DNA of 63,957 bases, the filler included, from Octopus bimaculoides (taxonomy: Eukaryota): the NCBI RefSeq assembly GCF_001194135.2. It is 7 parts of 7 records of this genome, joined end to end, with 100 filler letters (N's around TTAATTAATTAA, not from the genome) between each part and the next. Parts side by side here need not be neighbours in the genome. Positions count along the whole stretch, not along the records: positions 43,404 to 57,656 come from NC_068983.1; positions 57,757 to 63,957 come from NC_068989.1; 5 more parts are not named here. One strand, given 5' to 3'. Positions 51,604 through 63,957 of this stretch are shown here, piece after piece. Both the position numbers and the translations under genes were made by a program. Under the pieces are notes generated by a model. That model made no database searches, was not told where the DNA came from, and saw nothing but the letters and a program-made list of their open reading frames with translations. Each line of letters opens with the position of its first letter. The stretch's first letter is position 1.

Positions 51604-52676
51604 TTTTCAAAGTATGTAATATTAAAGTAACTTCGCGTAGAGGACCCAGGGTGGGGGTTTGGAGACATGCTTTGTTTTGATTAAAAGCAGAGGGCCTTAT
51701 ATGACATCAATTATCGTAGTAATGTACTTCAAAATTTGATGATCCTAGACATTGACCTCTCAGATTCTTCTGCCCATCATAATGTGAAATTCACTATTGG
51801 CCAGCGTATGAGCTTACTCGAAACAGCACATACGCCATGCGGCTTCCTATGGTATCACCTGTAACTTTACTTGGGTGTGGTGGAGGAGCTATATGGTGCT
51901 GTCGCTTGCCAAAGGCAACCCGCGTTTGGTCTACGAACTCTTATTTCTATATTCGTCGCTAACCCCTATCTATCAACTGAAAATTAATTAAATATGTGCT
52001 AAAATATGTGTGTTCGTGTGTTTTTGTGTATGTGTGAGTGTGTGAGAATGTGTGTGAGTGTGTAAATATATTTGCTTTGTCGTATATAATTTGAATCAGG
52101 TCAAATTCATTGCTTCCAAAATGAAGGACTCTTTATCTCACTTTTGTTACTAATACTGCTGTTATTGTTACTCCTATCACTCTACCTCTTCTAGTGGTGG
52201 TGGTGGTGTTACTATGTGGCGGTAGCAATTTTGCTGCTGTTGATGATGATGATGATGATGATGTTGATGATATCGGATACTTATATCAAGTTATATTGGT
52301 GTCCGCCCAAAATTGACAGAAGAGGCGTATATAGGTGATTAAACAAACGTGATATGAGCCCAATAGAACCAAAATATAATATTGAAAAACAGGCATAGAG
52401 GAAGCATCAAATTGGTTGCTGTACCTGCTGGAAATAGTAACCGGGTGTTCCTCAAATTACATCTTACCTTCTTTTAAAATGCATACAATGGAAAATGTAG
52501 TACGCGGTACAATATGTCTGAAAAATAGACGGGAGAGTCAAAGTTGGATTGTCATTAGGCTCGCTCATTTGAAATTGATCAAAATCTGATACAACACACA
52601 GAAGTAACTAAAATAAAATTGAAAACATTAATTTGTAAGTAGAATGTATAATTCATTGAGTGCACTCCAACACATA

Positions 52677-53062
52677 GTTGTTGTTGGCACTCCGTCACTT
52701 ACGACGTCGAGGATTCCAGTTGATCCGATCAACGGAACAGCCTGCTCGTGAAATTAACGTGCAAGTGGCTGAGCACTCCACAGACACGTGTACCCTTAAC
52801 GTAGTCCTCGGGGATATTCAGTGTGACACAGTGTGACAAGGCTGACCCTTTGAATTGCAGGCACAACAGAAACAGGAAGAAAGAGTGAGAGAAAGTTATG
52901 GTGAAAGAGTACAGCAGGGTTCGTCGCCATCCCCTGCCGGAGCCTCGTGGAGCTTTAGGTATTTTCGCTCAATAAACACTCACAACGTCCGGACTGGGAA
53001 TCGAAACCGCGATCCTATGACCGCGAGTCCGCTGCCCTAACCACTGGGCCATTGCGCCTCCA
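52677..53062 (-). mobile_element. Full-length SINE family A
   Basis: Head, body and (CAA)n tail. Flanking repeat ctccaacacata at 52665-52676 and 53058-53069. Confidence 0.92.
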
Positions 53063-53149
53063 ACACATAACTAGTACTATAATTCATTGACCCGGATAAA
53101 TTTTAAACTTCTGGTAGAAGTATCGAATATTATTATAGCAAGGATTACT

Positions 53150-53560
53150 TAATCCATGCATATCAACAACAGTATGTGCTGACGGAGCTCTTTGTGTCCC
53201 AGTATCAATCATTTCTAGTGTTCTCCTGAGTCCGGCCTTCCTTCCCACTTTTTTCCTACTATATGTCAGTAACGCATTTCCTACCACATCCAGTAACGCC
53301 ATCTCTTATGCAGCTGACGTGACAAGCCAACCTCACATTGATTCTGCAAAGGAAGTCTTTGAGAGCATCCTTTGGTGGAGTCATTTAAACTTGTCCCTTT
53401 TAAGAGCAATTCAAACACTACTCATATCAAGAAAACTCCACCACATGAGAGCCCTTCTGAACATGAGTGACCCTCAGAACCCTCACAGGCGCTCCAAATG
53501 CTTGGTTTTACTATCACTGAGGATCTCTACTTTCAAATCAACATCCTAATTCTAGCTATG
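53150..53560 (+). pseudogene. CR1/Jockey-group RT remnant
   Basis: PTFFLLYV...SYAADVT (YADD-like), SILWWSHLNL...IQTLLISRK and MLGFTITEDL. Confidence 0.55.
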
Positions 53561-53660
53561 AGAGCACAACCCAAACCAGCCCTTTTCTTTTAGGGGCCAG
53601 ACGTTACAAACCCGAACAGCTGTTGTGCGTGCCTATGCGTATGTTCGTATGTGCATGTGC

Positions 53661-53710
<50 letters not shown>

Positions 53711-54844
53711 AGGCTCGTTTGTTAGTGGTTAGGATGTTACACGCATGGACGTAAGATTAATGTTTCGCTTCCTGGACCAGGTAACGAGCTGTGCTTTTGA
53801 AGAAAACGCTCCATTTCACGTTGCTCCAGTTCTCTGAGATGGGGAAAAAAGAGTAAATTCGNNNNNNNNNNNNNNNNNNNNNNNNNNNNNNNNNNNNNNN
53901 NNNNNNNNNNNNNNNNNNNNNNNNNNNNNNNNNNNNNNNNNNNNNNNNNNNNNNNNNNNNNNNNNNNNNNNNNNNNNNNNNNNNNNNNNNNNNNNNNNNN
54001 NNNNNNNNNNNNNNNNNNNNNNNNNNNNNNNNNNNNNNNNNNNNNNNNNNNNNNNNNNNNNNNNNNNNNNNNNNNNNNNNNNNNNNNNNNNNNNNNNNNN
54101 NNNNNNNNNNNNNNNNNNNNNNNNNNNNNNNNNNNNNNNNNNNNNNNNNNNNNNNNNNNNNNNNNNNNNNNNNNNNNNNNNNNNNNNNNNNNNNNNNNNN
54201 NNNNNNNNNNNNNNNNNNNNNNNNNNNNNNNNNNNNNNNNNNNNNNNNNNNNNNNNNNNNNNNNNNNNNNNNNNNNNNNNNNNNNNNNNNNNNNNNNNNN
54301 NNNNNNNNNNNNNNNNNNNNNNNNNNNNNNNNNNNNNNNNNNNNNNNNNNNNNNNNNNNNNNNNNNNNNNNNNNNNNNNNNNNNNNNNNNNNNNNNNNNN
54401 NNNNNNNNNNNNNNNNNNNNNNNNNNNNNNNNNNNNNNNNNNNNNNNNNNNNNNNNNNNNNNNNNNNNNNNNNNNNNNNNNNNNNNNNNNNNNNNNNNNN
54501 NNNNNNNNNNNNNNNNNNNNNNNNNNNNNNNNNNNNNNNNNNNNNNNNNNNNNNNNNNNNNNNNNNNNNNNNNNNNNNNNNNNNNNNNNNNNNNNNNNNN
54601 NNNNNNNNNNNNNNNNNNNNNNNNNNNNNNNNNNNNNNNNNNNNNNNNNNNNNNNNNNNNNNNNNNNNNNNNNNNNNNNNNNNNNNNNNNNNNNNNNNNN
54701 NNNNNNNNNNNNNNNNNNNNNNNNNNNNNNNNNNNNNNNNNNNNNNNNNNNNNNNNNNNNNNNNNNNNNNNNNNNNNNNNNNNNNNNNNNNNNNNNNNNN
54801 NNNNNNNNNNNNNNNNNNNNNNNNNNNNNNNNNNNNNNNNNNNN

Positions 54845-54883
<39 letters not shown>

Positions 54884-55642
54884 CATATATATTACGATCC
54901 TAAAGAGATGTAATTGAACATATAGATATCAAGTAGGTGAAGTTAGTCATTGGACAAGTAAAAAGAAAGTGATTTAAGAAAGGAAAAGAGGCAGGACTAC
55001 AGTAGACAGACGATGAAAATTAAAACAACTGTAGCTTAGCGAGAAATGCTTTGAAAAAACACAGGAGAGATAGTGTGAGTCGAGATTAAGATTTCAGACT
55101 TTAAACAGCATGCGATTGAAAGGGTATTAGATTTCATCTTCTAAAGAGATTAATGAAGAAAGTCAAAGCTAGCAACACGGTTAGGGATTAGGTGAAATAT
55201 ACACCACCAGGATTAAGTTTGAATATATAGAGTATATATTTAGGTTAAGAAAAATATGAAACACTATGACAGATAAATAGATAATTATTTAACGAATAAA
55301 CGCTGGCAAGAATCGGATATATGTGTTAGCGAAGGCATCTCTATATAAGTGTTTGACTTGAACTGCTAGATGTAGCAGCTAAATTTCTCTCTAATCACAC
55401 CATGACAACTTGAAACAAAGGCGGATATATTAAATAATGTAATTCTAGATATCACTTAAACTATAGGGTGATCTCGGAAGGGATAGCTTAACCTGGAGGT
55501 AAACAAGAAACTATCCAAAGATACGACAAAGAAGCCTCTAAATTAATGGTTTTCAGCCAGGGTCTATATGGTCCTTAGGGGTCCACACAAGATTTTGATG
55601 TTTAAATTTATGGGTAATAAATTGGTTATACTTCTATAAGAT

Positions 55643-56041
55643 CTCTTTTATCTTTTACTTGTTTCAGTCATTTGACTGTAGCCATGCTGGAGCACCGCCT
55701 TTAGTAGAGCTAATCGACCCCAGGACTTATTCTTTGTAAGCCTAGTACTTATTCTATCGGTCTCTTTAGCCGAACCGTTAAGTTACAGGGACGTAAACAC
55801 ACCAGCATCGGTTGTCAAGCGATGCTGGGGGGACAAACACAGACAGACACACAAACACATACACACACATACATATATATATATATACATATATACGACG
55901 GGCTTCTTTCAGTTTCCTTCTACCAAATCCACTCACAAGGCTTTGGTCGGCCCGAGGCTATAGTAGAAGACACTTGCCCAAGGTGCCACGCAGTGGAACT
56001 GAACCCGGAACCATGTGTTTGGTAAGCAAGCTATTTACCAC
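55643..56041 (-). mobile_element. SINE family E, near full length, with internal (TA)n(TG)n
   Basis: Head (cut by the gap), microsatellite at about 55840-55895, and 3' tail. Confidence 0.9.
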
Positions 56042-57038
56042 NNNNNNNNNNNNNNNNNNNNNNNNNNNNNNNNNNNNNNNNNNNNNNNNNNNNNNNNNNN
56101 NNNNNNNNNNNNNNNNNNNNNNNNNNNNNNNNNNNNNNNNNNNNNNNNNNNNNNNNNNNNNNNNNNNNNNNNNNNNNNNNNNNNNNNNNNNNNNNNNNNN
56201 NNNNNNNNNNNNNNNNNNNNNNNNNNNNNNNNNNNNNNNNNNNNNNNNNNNNNNNNNNNNNNNNNNNNNNNNNNNNNNNNNNNNNNNNNNNNNNNNNNNN
56301 NNNNNNNNNNNNNNNNNNNNNNNNNNNNNNNNNNNNNNNNNNNNNNNNNNNNNNNNNNNNNNNNNNNNNNNNNNNNNNNNNNNNNNNNNNNNNNNNNNNN
56401 NNNNNNNNNNNNNNNNNNNNNNNNNNNNNNNNNNNNNNNNNNNNNNNNNNNNNNNNNNNNNNNNNNNNNNNNNNNNNNNNNNNNNNNNNNNNNNNNNNNN
56501 NNNNNNNNNNNNNNNNNNNNNNNNNNNNNNNNNNNNNNNNNNNNNNNNNNNNNNNNNNNNNNNNNNNNNNNNNNNNNNNNNNNNNNNNNNNNNNNNNNNN
56601 NNNNNNNNNNNNNNNNNNNNNNNNNNNNNNNNNNNNNNNNNNNNNNNNNNNNNNNNNNNNNNNNNNNNNNNNNNNNNNNNNNNNNNNNNNNNNNNNNNNN
56701 NNNNNNNNNNNNNNNNNNNNNNNNNNNNNNNNNNNNNNNNNNNNNNNNNNNNNNNNNNNNNNNNNNNNNNNNNNNNNNNNNNNNNNNNNNNNNNNNNNNN
56801 NNNNNNNNNNNNNNNNNNNNNNNNNNNNNNNNNNNNNNNNNNNNNNNNNNNNNNNNNNNNNNNNNNNNNNNNNNNNNNNNNNNNNNNNNNNNNNNNNNNN
56901 NNNNNNNNNNNNNNNNNNNNNNNNNNNNNNNNNNNNNNNNNNNNNNNNNNNNNNNNNNNNNNNNNNNNNNNNNNNNNNNNNNNNNNNNNNNNNNNNNNNN
57001 NNNNNNNNNNNNNNNNNNNNNNNNNNNNNNNNNNNNNN

Positions 57039-57656
57039 CGGCACCTGGAGAAGCAAGCCCATGCCGTCAAGCAGCGCCTCCGTCGTGGGACGTTGGACTG
57101 ACGGTCCGGTTGAGTTGCTCGGGGTCTGGTTTGGTCCGGACCGCCAAACGGAGAAGAACTGGGACGATATAACGAGAAGGGTGACCACTCTAGCCCGGCA
57201 ATGGGCCGAGAGGAAGCTGTCCCTAAAAGGTCGGGCGGAGGTGGCGAACACGTACATCGCGTCCGTCATCTACTACCGCCTAACCGCCGTTCCTTGTCCT
57301 GACCCTACCATCACCAAGCTGGAACGCATCCTCTTCTGCTTCTTGTGGATAGGAAGCGTTCTGATGGTTAGGCGATCCGTTTGCTGCCAACCCTCGTTAA
57401 AAGGAGGACTGGGCATACCGTGGTTGATGATGCGCAGACACGCGCTGAGACTGCGACATCTCCGGCTCTACGTAGACAACGGTGAGCAGGTGTGGTCGCC
57501 GTTTGTGCGGCGCACATTCCCGCAGCTCGTCTCCATGACCGAACTGCAGTCGTGGATCAAGAAGAGGCCGAGGAAGGGCGAATGGCACCGCGAGTGTCGC
57601 GTTGCTCTCCGGCAACTCCAACAATCCGGGTCAACCTTGAGCGACTGCATCACAAC
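57039..57656 (+). mobile_element. L1/Tx1-like RT C-terminal region, GC-rich, open frame
   Basis: ELLGVWFG...NW...W..RKLSLKGRAEVAN...LERILFCFLW...GGLG are L1-clade post-RT motifs. No stops until the gap. Confidence 0.85.
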
Positions 57657-57756
57657 NNNNNNNNNNNNNNNNNNNNNNNNNNNNNNNNNNNNNNNNNNNN
57701 TTAATTAATTAANNNNNNNNNNNNNNNNNNNNNNNNNNNNNNNNNNNNNNNNNNNN

Positions 57757-57801
<45 letters not shown>

Positions 57802-58789
57802 TTGATAGATAGATAGATAGATATACCTCACAATCCACAGTACTACGCTCGCAATATATACACGTACGACGGCGAGTCTGCTGCCCTAACCAATGGTCCA
57901 TTGCGTCTCCACAATCCAAAACCAAATTTATAAATGTACAATCATAACTGAGGCTGGTAACTTTATATACATAGGATGTTCGATAAATATGAAAAAAACG
58001 TATCAATAACCATTTTTCATCTTTTAGACTCAAACGTAAAGCCAATTGTACGTCCTTATCTTGCAAGATTTGGGAACTGAAGGAAAGCGGGATCGAATTT
58101 AGCCGTAAGTGGAATATAATACGGAGAGCGCAACCTTATAGAGATAGTCGATACGGGCATGCGCTGTGCCCTATGAAAATTTATGCGATTTTTAAGTACA
58201 GGGTCAAGAACAACATGCTTAATAATAGATTAGACCTAAGGGTTATCATGCGTGCACAGCGTTACCCGTACATTTAAATATCTTCAAAATGAACGATTAT
58301 AGGTGCCATACTTGAACTTTGAAGATATTGCACGAAGCCCATTGGGATCATAGCTTGTAAAGGAATGTGATTCATTTCTGATTCATTTATCCCTTTGTCA
58401 ACTACTAAATCTAAGACTAGAGGACTGTGTCTGTTTTGAGTAAAGGGCGAGAATGAGTTGACAGCTCATAGCTAATTAGGGTCATTAATATTGTCATATG
58501 TATCCCTTTTCCTCAGGGAGGAAAGAAGACATTAGGAGTAGTCAAATGGATATAGAGTAACTGTCTATAAAAAGAGGCTGAGTAAGAGAAGACTTTAGAT
58601 CATGATGTTAATTACCAGTTAAAGGGGCAAGACGCTAAGAAACCTAGGATGTTAATACAGAGGAAATTTTATCTTGGGCACTATGGGTGATTGTTTACAA
58701 ACAATTTTGTAATATTGGTCAAATGACTGAAACAAGTAAAAGAATAAAGGAATAAAAATATATACATATATATTTCGTTTTTATATTTG

Positions 58790-58960
58790 ACTTGTCAGAT
58801 TCTTTATATATATTCGTGTGCTGGAGCATATTTTGATGTGACTGGGGAGAGTCATTCTGTTTTAATGCCGTATTAATTAACACACTAGCTGGTTCAATTT
58901 CCACTCATTTATTATTTTATTTCTTAAAATTTTCCTTGCTTCTTGCAACCTCTTCAATAG
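58790..58960 (+). repeat. Diverged single arm of the 6.1-6.4 kb foldback family
   Basis: ttcgtgtgctggagcatattttg...ctggggagagtcattct...cttgcaacctcttcaatag. Confidence 0.65.
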
Positions 58961-59001
58961 CTGTCAACAACCATTGAAGAGGTTTCAAAGGAAAAGTAAA
59001 G

Positions 59002-59342
59002 GCCGGTACGGTTTGGCACTAGTGACGTCGCGACTCGTTTCTACAGCTGAGTGAATTGGAGTAACATGAAATAAAGTGTGTTGCTCAAGAACACAACACA
59101 CAGCCCAGTCCAGGAATGGTTCTTTAAAGATCAATATTTGTTTCTAATTCAGACACAAAGCCAGCAGTTCTGAGAGGAGGGGATCAATCGGTTACATCAA
59201 TTCCAGTACTTGACTGGTACTTGAATTTACGGACTCCAGAGTGATCATCAGCATATTTGAATTTGGCGGAATTTGATCCCAAAACGAAAATACGGTAAGA
59301 TATTTTGTCCGACGCTCTAACGATTCTGCCAATCCATCGCCT
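59002..59342 (-). mobile_element. SINE family D fragment (59002-59117) plus diverged family B (59130-59342)
   Basis: Homologous to other copies in the window. Confidence 0.65.
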
Positions 59343-60879
59343 TTATCTAATAACGAATGATTGTTAGAAAGAAAGAGTACCCGTTTGGTGTTCTATTAAC
59401 GTGAGAAATATTTTATTAAGAGCAGGCGATTGGAAATATTTTGTTTATTCTTTAAGTAGAATTTGAAAAGTTTTAAAACATCAGGAACAACATAGTCGGG
59501 AGTAAGAACGTTTAAAGAGCCATATTCCATCTAACAAAAGAAAAGAAATAGCCTACACTTTTGAAAAAGTAATTGTGAGGTACGATATGAAAAACCGTTA
59601 AGTATTACTGCCATCTGTAAAGACTTTCGGTTAATTTATATAAACGTTATTATTTGTGGACTCAGAGCATTACATTGATCACAGTTTCTGCTGTTTTACT
59701 GAGCAGTTAATTATTCTTATTTAGAGATTGTTAATTTGTGTTTTTAATAGGAATTGCTATTTATTTTACTTTATAACTTAAGCCTTCCAGACTTGAATTA
59801 TTTCTTCATACAGAAACTTGTTTTTATCGTTTAAAATATTTCATGCGATAAATTGAAAATAACTGCATGATATACGTACAGCTTACGGTGAGAATTTTGA
59901 AAAACAAATTATCGTTCCAGGAGTAACATGCGTAAGTTTCCGGGTGGCATATCGAGTAGCAAGTGAACGCGAAACAATCATTACTTGCAAGTTTTAATTA
60001 GATGTGGCTCATTTACTTTTTAACAAAGAAACAGAGCCCATAACACTTATATATATCTTCGAAGACCGGTGAAATTGTTGCCGTTAGTGTTCTGTTCGAA
60101 CTGTAGCAGATCAACGTTATAGGAAAGATATAAGCGGAGAAGATTCCAGACAGTAGATGTTCTGGGCAACAAGAATTGAGTTAGCAGTTAGTGCGGGAAA
60201 AGGGGGTAGATGCACCAAGGATGATGAGAGGGGAAGAGAAGTGGATCAGAGTTGGGAACTAGCGACAGAATTACTAGAGCAGCTAGTTCCATGGATCTGT
60301 TCACCATGCTTACAACATTTAATAAATATGTTATTCTGACCAAAAAATAAGTGAAGAGAGAAAAGAAAAATCTCTGCTCCTGTACTTGGATAGGAACTCA
60401 ATTTTATTATCCTGCGATCTATTGTAAACTCATTCCAGCATGAAATACATAAGTATTCACAGGTGATATAAGTACGAAAGGATTTATATTTTTAATGTGC
60501 CCGGTGAAAATAAAGTAAAATGCCAAATGTTCACCGACAAAAATGTCTTGTTTTATTAAAAAAAAAAAACTCTGTTTAATAAGTCAATTAAAGAATTTCC
60601 TCTATGCCCATCGATACTAAGCAACAAACGATACTAAATTATTCTTAAACTAAAATCAACAAAAGTTAAAGATACCTGGTCATCGGCTATTGAAATAAAA
60701 CTTCTTACGCAACTTAAAGTACACCGAAAGCCGTATTTTAGGCCTCATTGAATCAATCAATAGCAGCACAACCAGCCAACAAATTTTCACCCAGATTCAC
60801 TTCCGTTAACCAAATCAACCGATGAATTCAAATTTTACAAACGGACATTGGACAACCAAAAACGTTATTTTTTCTTAAT

Positions 60880-61620
60880 GTAAAAGCTCATAGGTTTTTT
60901 GTTTTCAATCGTTATGCCTAAACCTACAATTGTGCGTTTCATTTTTGTATTATTGCAAAGTATAATGAGAATTGAAAACTTCAATGGGTTTACAGGTAAA
61001 TAAAATGCATTTTAAACATAAATTTTAATAACTGACAAGAAAGAAGAAAAAACTCGTCAGCAATTTGAGGGACATCGGCTTTCAGCATGTCACTACGCTG
61101 CTGTTGAACCGGAAGTGTTGAATCCAAATAACATTTGAGGTTTGTTGCATAGCGCAGCCAGAAAACACATGCAAGCATGTCGTAAATGAATATTAACCAT
61201 TACTACTTGCACTTATTTTTGCTGACACAGAACAGCCAGATAAAGAAATGTTTAAAAATGGTCGAACTTGTATAACAGCGTGAGTGAGAAACAAAAGGAT
61301 TCCGATCTTCCGAGGAGGCACAATCAAGCTGGTATTGATAGATTCCTGAGCCATGATGTACCAAAATGAGTTCTTTTTTTATGAAGACTGACTTTGTTAT
61401 GAGAGATTTAATTAGTGAAGTAGGCACACACTTATGTTACTTACTGCTGACGAATATAATAATGTATCTGATAAAGGAAAACTTACGTTATGTATTCATT
61501 GGATCAACAAACATTTGATGGTGGCCAATGAGGATTTGCCGAGCTTTTATTACTTGTCAGAAATAAAACCTTCGGCAGTATTTACAGATACGATGGATGC
61601 ACTTATAACTATAGAGGTGT
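60880..61620 (+). pseudogene. hAT transposase (ZMYM1/DUF4371-like) remnant
   Basis: FEGHRLSACHYAAVE, SHDV/QNEF...DLISEV and LTADEYNNVSDKGKLTLCIHW...IKPSAVF, frameshifted. Confidence 0.6.
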
Positions 61621-61645
61621 AATAATAATAATAATGATAATAATG

Positions 61646-61694
<49 letters not shown>

Positions 61695-61695
<1 letters not shown>

Positions 61696-63304
61696 TTGAA
61701 TGATCAGTACAGGTTACAAGAAAAGGAAAAGCAAACAGTACATGAAGAATTATCACAAAGGGTGACAGTGTTAAAGGCCAAACTGAAAAGATATGATGCT
61801 AGCTACAAAAGCTTTGAACAGAATAGAGTGTTCCAGTCAAATAGAAGGCGTCCTTATTTAGGAAATAGAGGGGAACCAACATCAGGAACTGATTTCTGAT
61901 GCAGAAGAAAGTGAAATATTTTGGAGGGAACTGTGGAACAGGCCCGTGAGATATGAAGAAACTGCAAAGTGACTAACACAGGTGAAAAGACAGCTTGCAT
62001 TTGTGCCAAGACAAAAGAACGTTAGAGTTGATGCATATATAGTGAGACTGAAGTTAAAAAAAAAAATAGCAAATTGGGAAGGTCCTAGCGCGGATGTAGA
62101 ACTGGCTGAAGCTACTGGCTAAAGAACTTTACACAGTTACATGAAAAGATCGCTGCAAACTTGATGAATGCCTGCAGCATGGTCACGTCCATACCTGGAT
62201 GGCAAGTGGATGAACACAGTTGTCTCAAGGATTCCTTGAAAGGTAACTTTGCATCAAGTTTATTTACGATCTGTAACCTGTTAACCACTTATGTGAAAGC
62301 TTATGACCAGTGTCTTGGCGAAAAAGCTATATAACCATCTGGAAAGTAACAATCTATTTCCAGAAGAGCAGAAAGGATGCAAGAAACCAAGCAGGGCAAT
62401 AAAATACCACTTATTAGTTGATAAAGTCATTGTAGACTCAGAATGACGGGACTGAATGTAGCATGGTTAGATTACAAAAAGCACATAACATGGTACCGCA
62501 CAGTTAGATAAGTAAAACATTGAGCGTGTATGGAGTGGCAGAAAATATGGAGAAAATAGTTAATGAAAGTATGAAACGTTGGAATTCTGAATTGATTGGG
62601 GAAAGGCAAAGACTTAGAAAATTGAACAAAAAACGTGGAATATTTCAAGATGATAGCTTATCTCCAATACTATTTGTTTTGGCCATGATACCGCTCAGTT
62701 TGATATAGCAAATATTTTAAATAGCTTACGGTCTGGGAAAAGGATGTGGTCAGATAAATCATTTCCTTTTCATGGATGATACAAAGATTTATGTGAAAAA
62801 TGAGAAAAATGAGAAAAATGAGAAACAGCTTGAAAGTCTTATACATACTGTTCACATTTTCACAAATGATGTAGGTATGGAATTTGGGATCGAAAAGTGC
62901 ACTATGTTGAAAATAAAAGAAGGGAGATTTGAAGGAAGCCAGGGGATTGAAATTCCAAACGGGCAAACGATAAAAGCGGTTGAGAAAGGACAGTGGTGTA
63001 AGTATTTGGAGATACTGGAAGCAGATGAAATAAAGCATGAAGAAATGAAACAAATTATCAGTAGAGAGTATACAAGGAGAGTGAAAAAATTATTGCTGTC
63101 AAAGCTGATTTAAAAAAAAATGTTATTGAAGCAATAAATGCAAGAGCAGTACCCGTAATCAGATATAGAGTTGAAATGGTAGACTGGACCAAAAACGATA
63201 TACAAAAACTTGACAGAAAACTAGCAATGTACGGAGCCCACCATCTGAAAGCTGATATCAACCGGTGGTACCTAAAGAGGGACCAGGATGGAAGAGGATT
63301 AATT
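61695..63304 (+). pseudogene. R4/Dong-clade non-LTR retrotransposon RT remnant, 5' end abutting (AAT)n
   Basis: EELSQRVTVLKAKLKRY...QNRVFQSN, RGIFQDDSLSPILFVLAMIPLS, INHFLFMDDTKIY, FGIEKC, KYLEILE, LKRDQDGRGLI. Confidence 0.88.
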
Positions 63305-63860
63305 GAAACCCTCATCGCTGTCAACAATGCGTTGAAACTGGTAAAGGTACTTGGTGGCGAAGGTTTTGACATCACACAAGATGAGGTCAACGACCTCATC
63401 GATACCCACTCTGAAACCCTGATAGACGAAGATTTGTTGTATTTAACGAAGTCTGCCAGCGAAGAGGAGGGGAAGGAAACGCCAGATCCAGAGGAAATGG
63501 AGGATGAGGTGGGCCTGGCAATCGAACGTCTGTCCGATCTTTTAAGAACAGCAAAGGAATTTCAAGTTAAGGTGGGAGCATGGGATTTTTATATGGTTCG
63601 GTCTCTCCAATTAAAAAATGCCATCAATGCTGACATGCAGACATATAAAACTCTCCTCACCACCATGAAGAAACAATAACAGCAACTTCTCATCACAATG
63701 TTCCTCAAGCTCACCAAGAAAGCCTTGCACGAAGATACGACATCCCTTAAAACACTTGAAGAAGAGGCGTCACATGAAGAGCTTTAAATCTTTGCTGTAC
63801 AGTCATTACCTTCAATATTTTCATCATCATCGTTTTAAATCAATATCATTCATTATTGGT
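63305..63860 (+). pseudogene. Tigger/pogo transposase C-terminal remnant
   Basis: AVNNALKLVKVLGGEGF...DEDL...acidic tract...WDFYMVRSLQL...KKQ*QQLLITMF. Confidence 0.8.
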
Positions 63861-63957
63861 GAGTAACAGTACATTTTACTTCAGTTTTTATTAAATTATT
63901 ATTAAATATATATATAATATATATAATATTTTACATTATATTTTGACATTTATAGGT

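Overview
AT-rich, gap-ridden, microsatellite-dense animal genomic DNA. The repeat families and gene type point to a coleoid cephalopod, most likely Octopus (inference, no search run). The only well-supported protein genes are three paralogous C2H2 zinc-finger genes without a KRAB domain: 19215-20426 (+), 23510-25684 (+, spans a gap) and 30753-31910 (-). They share a short acidic leader and 5' exon structure and show finger shuffling. Most of the rest is mobile DNA: at least four tRNA-derived SINE families, remnants of R4/Dong, L1/Tx1, RTE, CR1-like and Penelope-like retroelements, a solo LTR, mariner, hAT and Tigger remnants, piggyBac- and hAT-type MITEs, and several palindromic foldback elements. 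The most unusual observation is a short retroelement built from a tRNA-like Pol III head, an (AAT)n tract and a 3' tail with a minimal Penelope-type hammerhead ribozyme. One head-bearing copy is at 27868-28105. Two more tails form an inverted pair with a 14-bp TSD inside an L1/Tx1 RT (35553-36495). All calls come from reading the sequence by eye. The N44-TTAATTAATTAA-N44 blocks are scaffolding spacers, so contiguity across them is uncertain.
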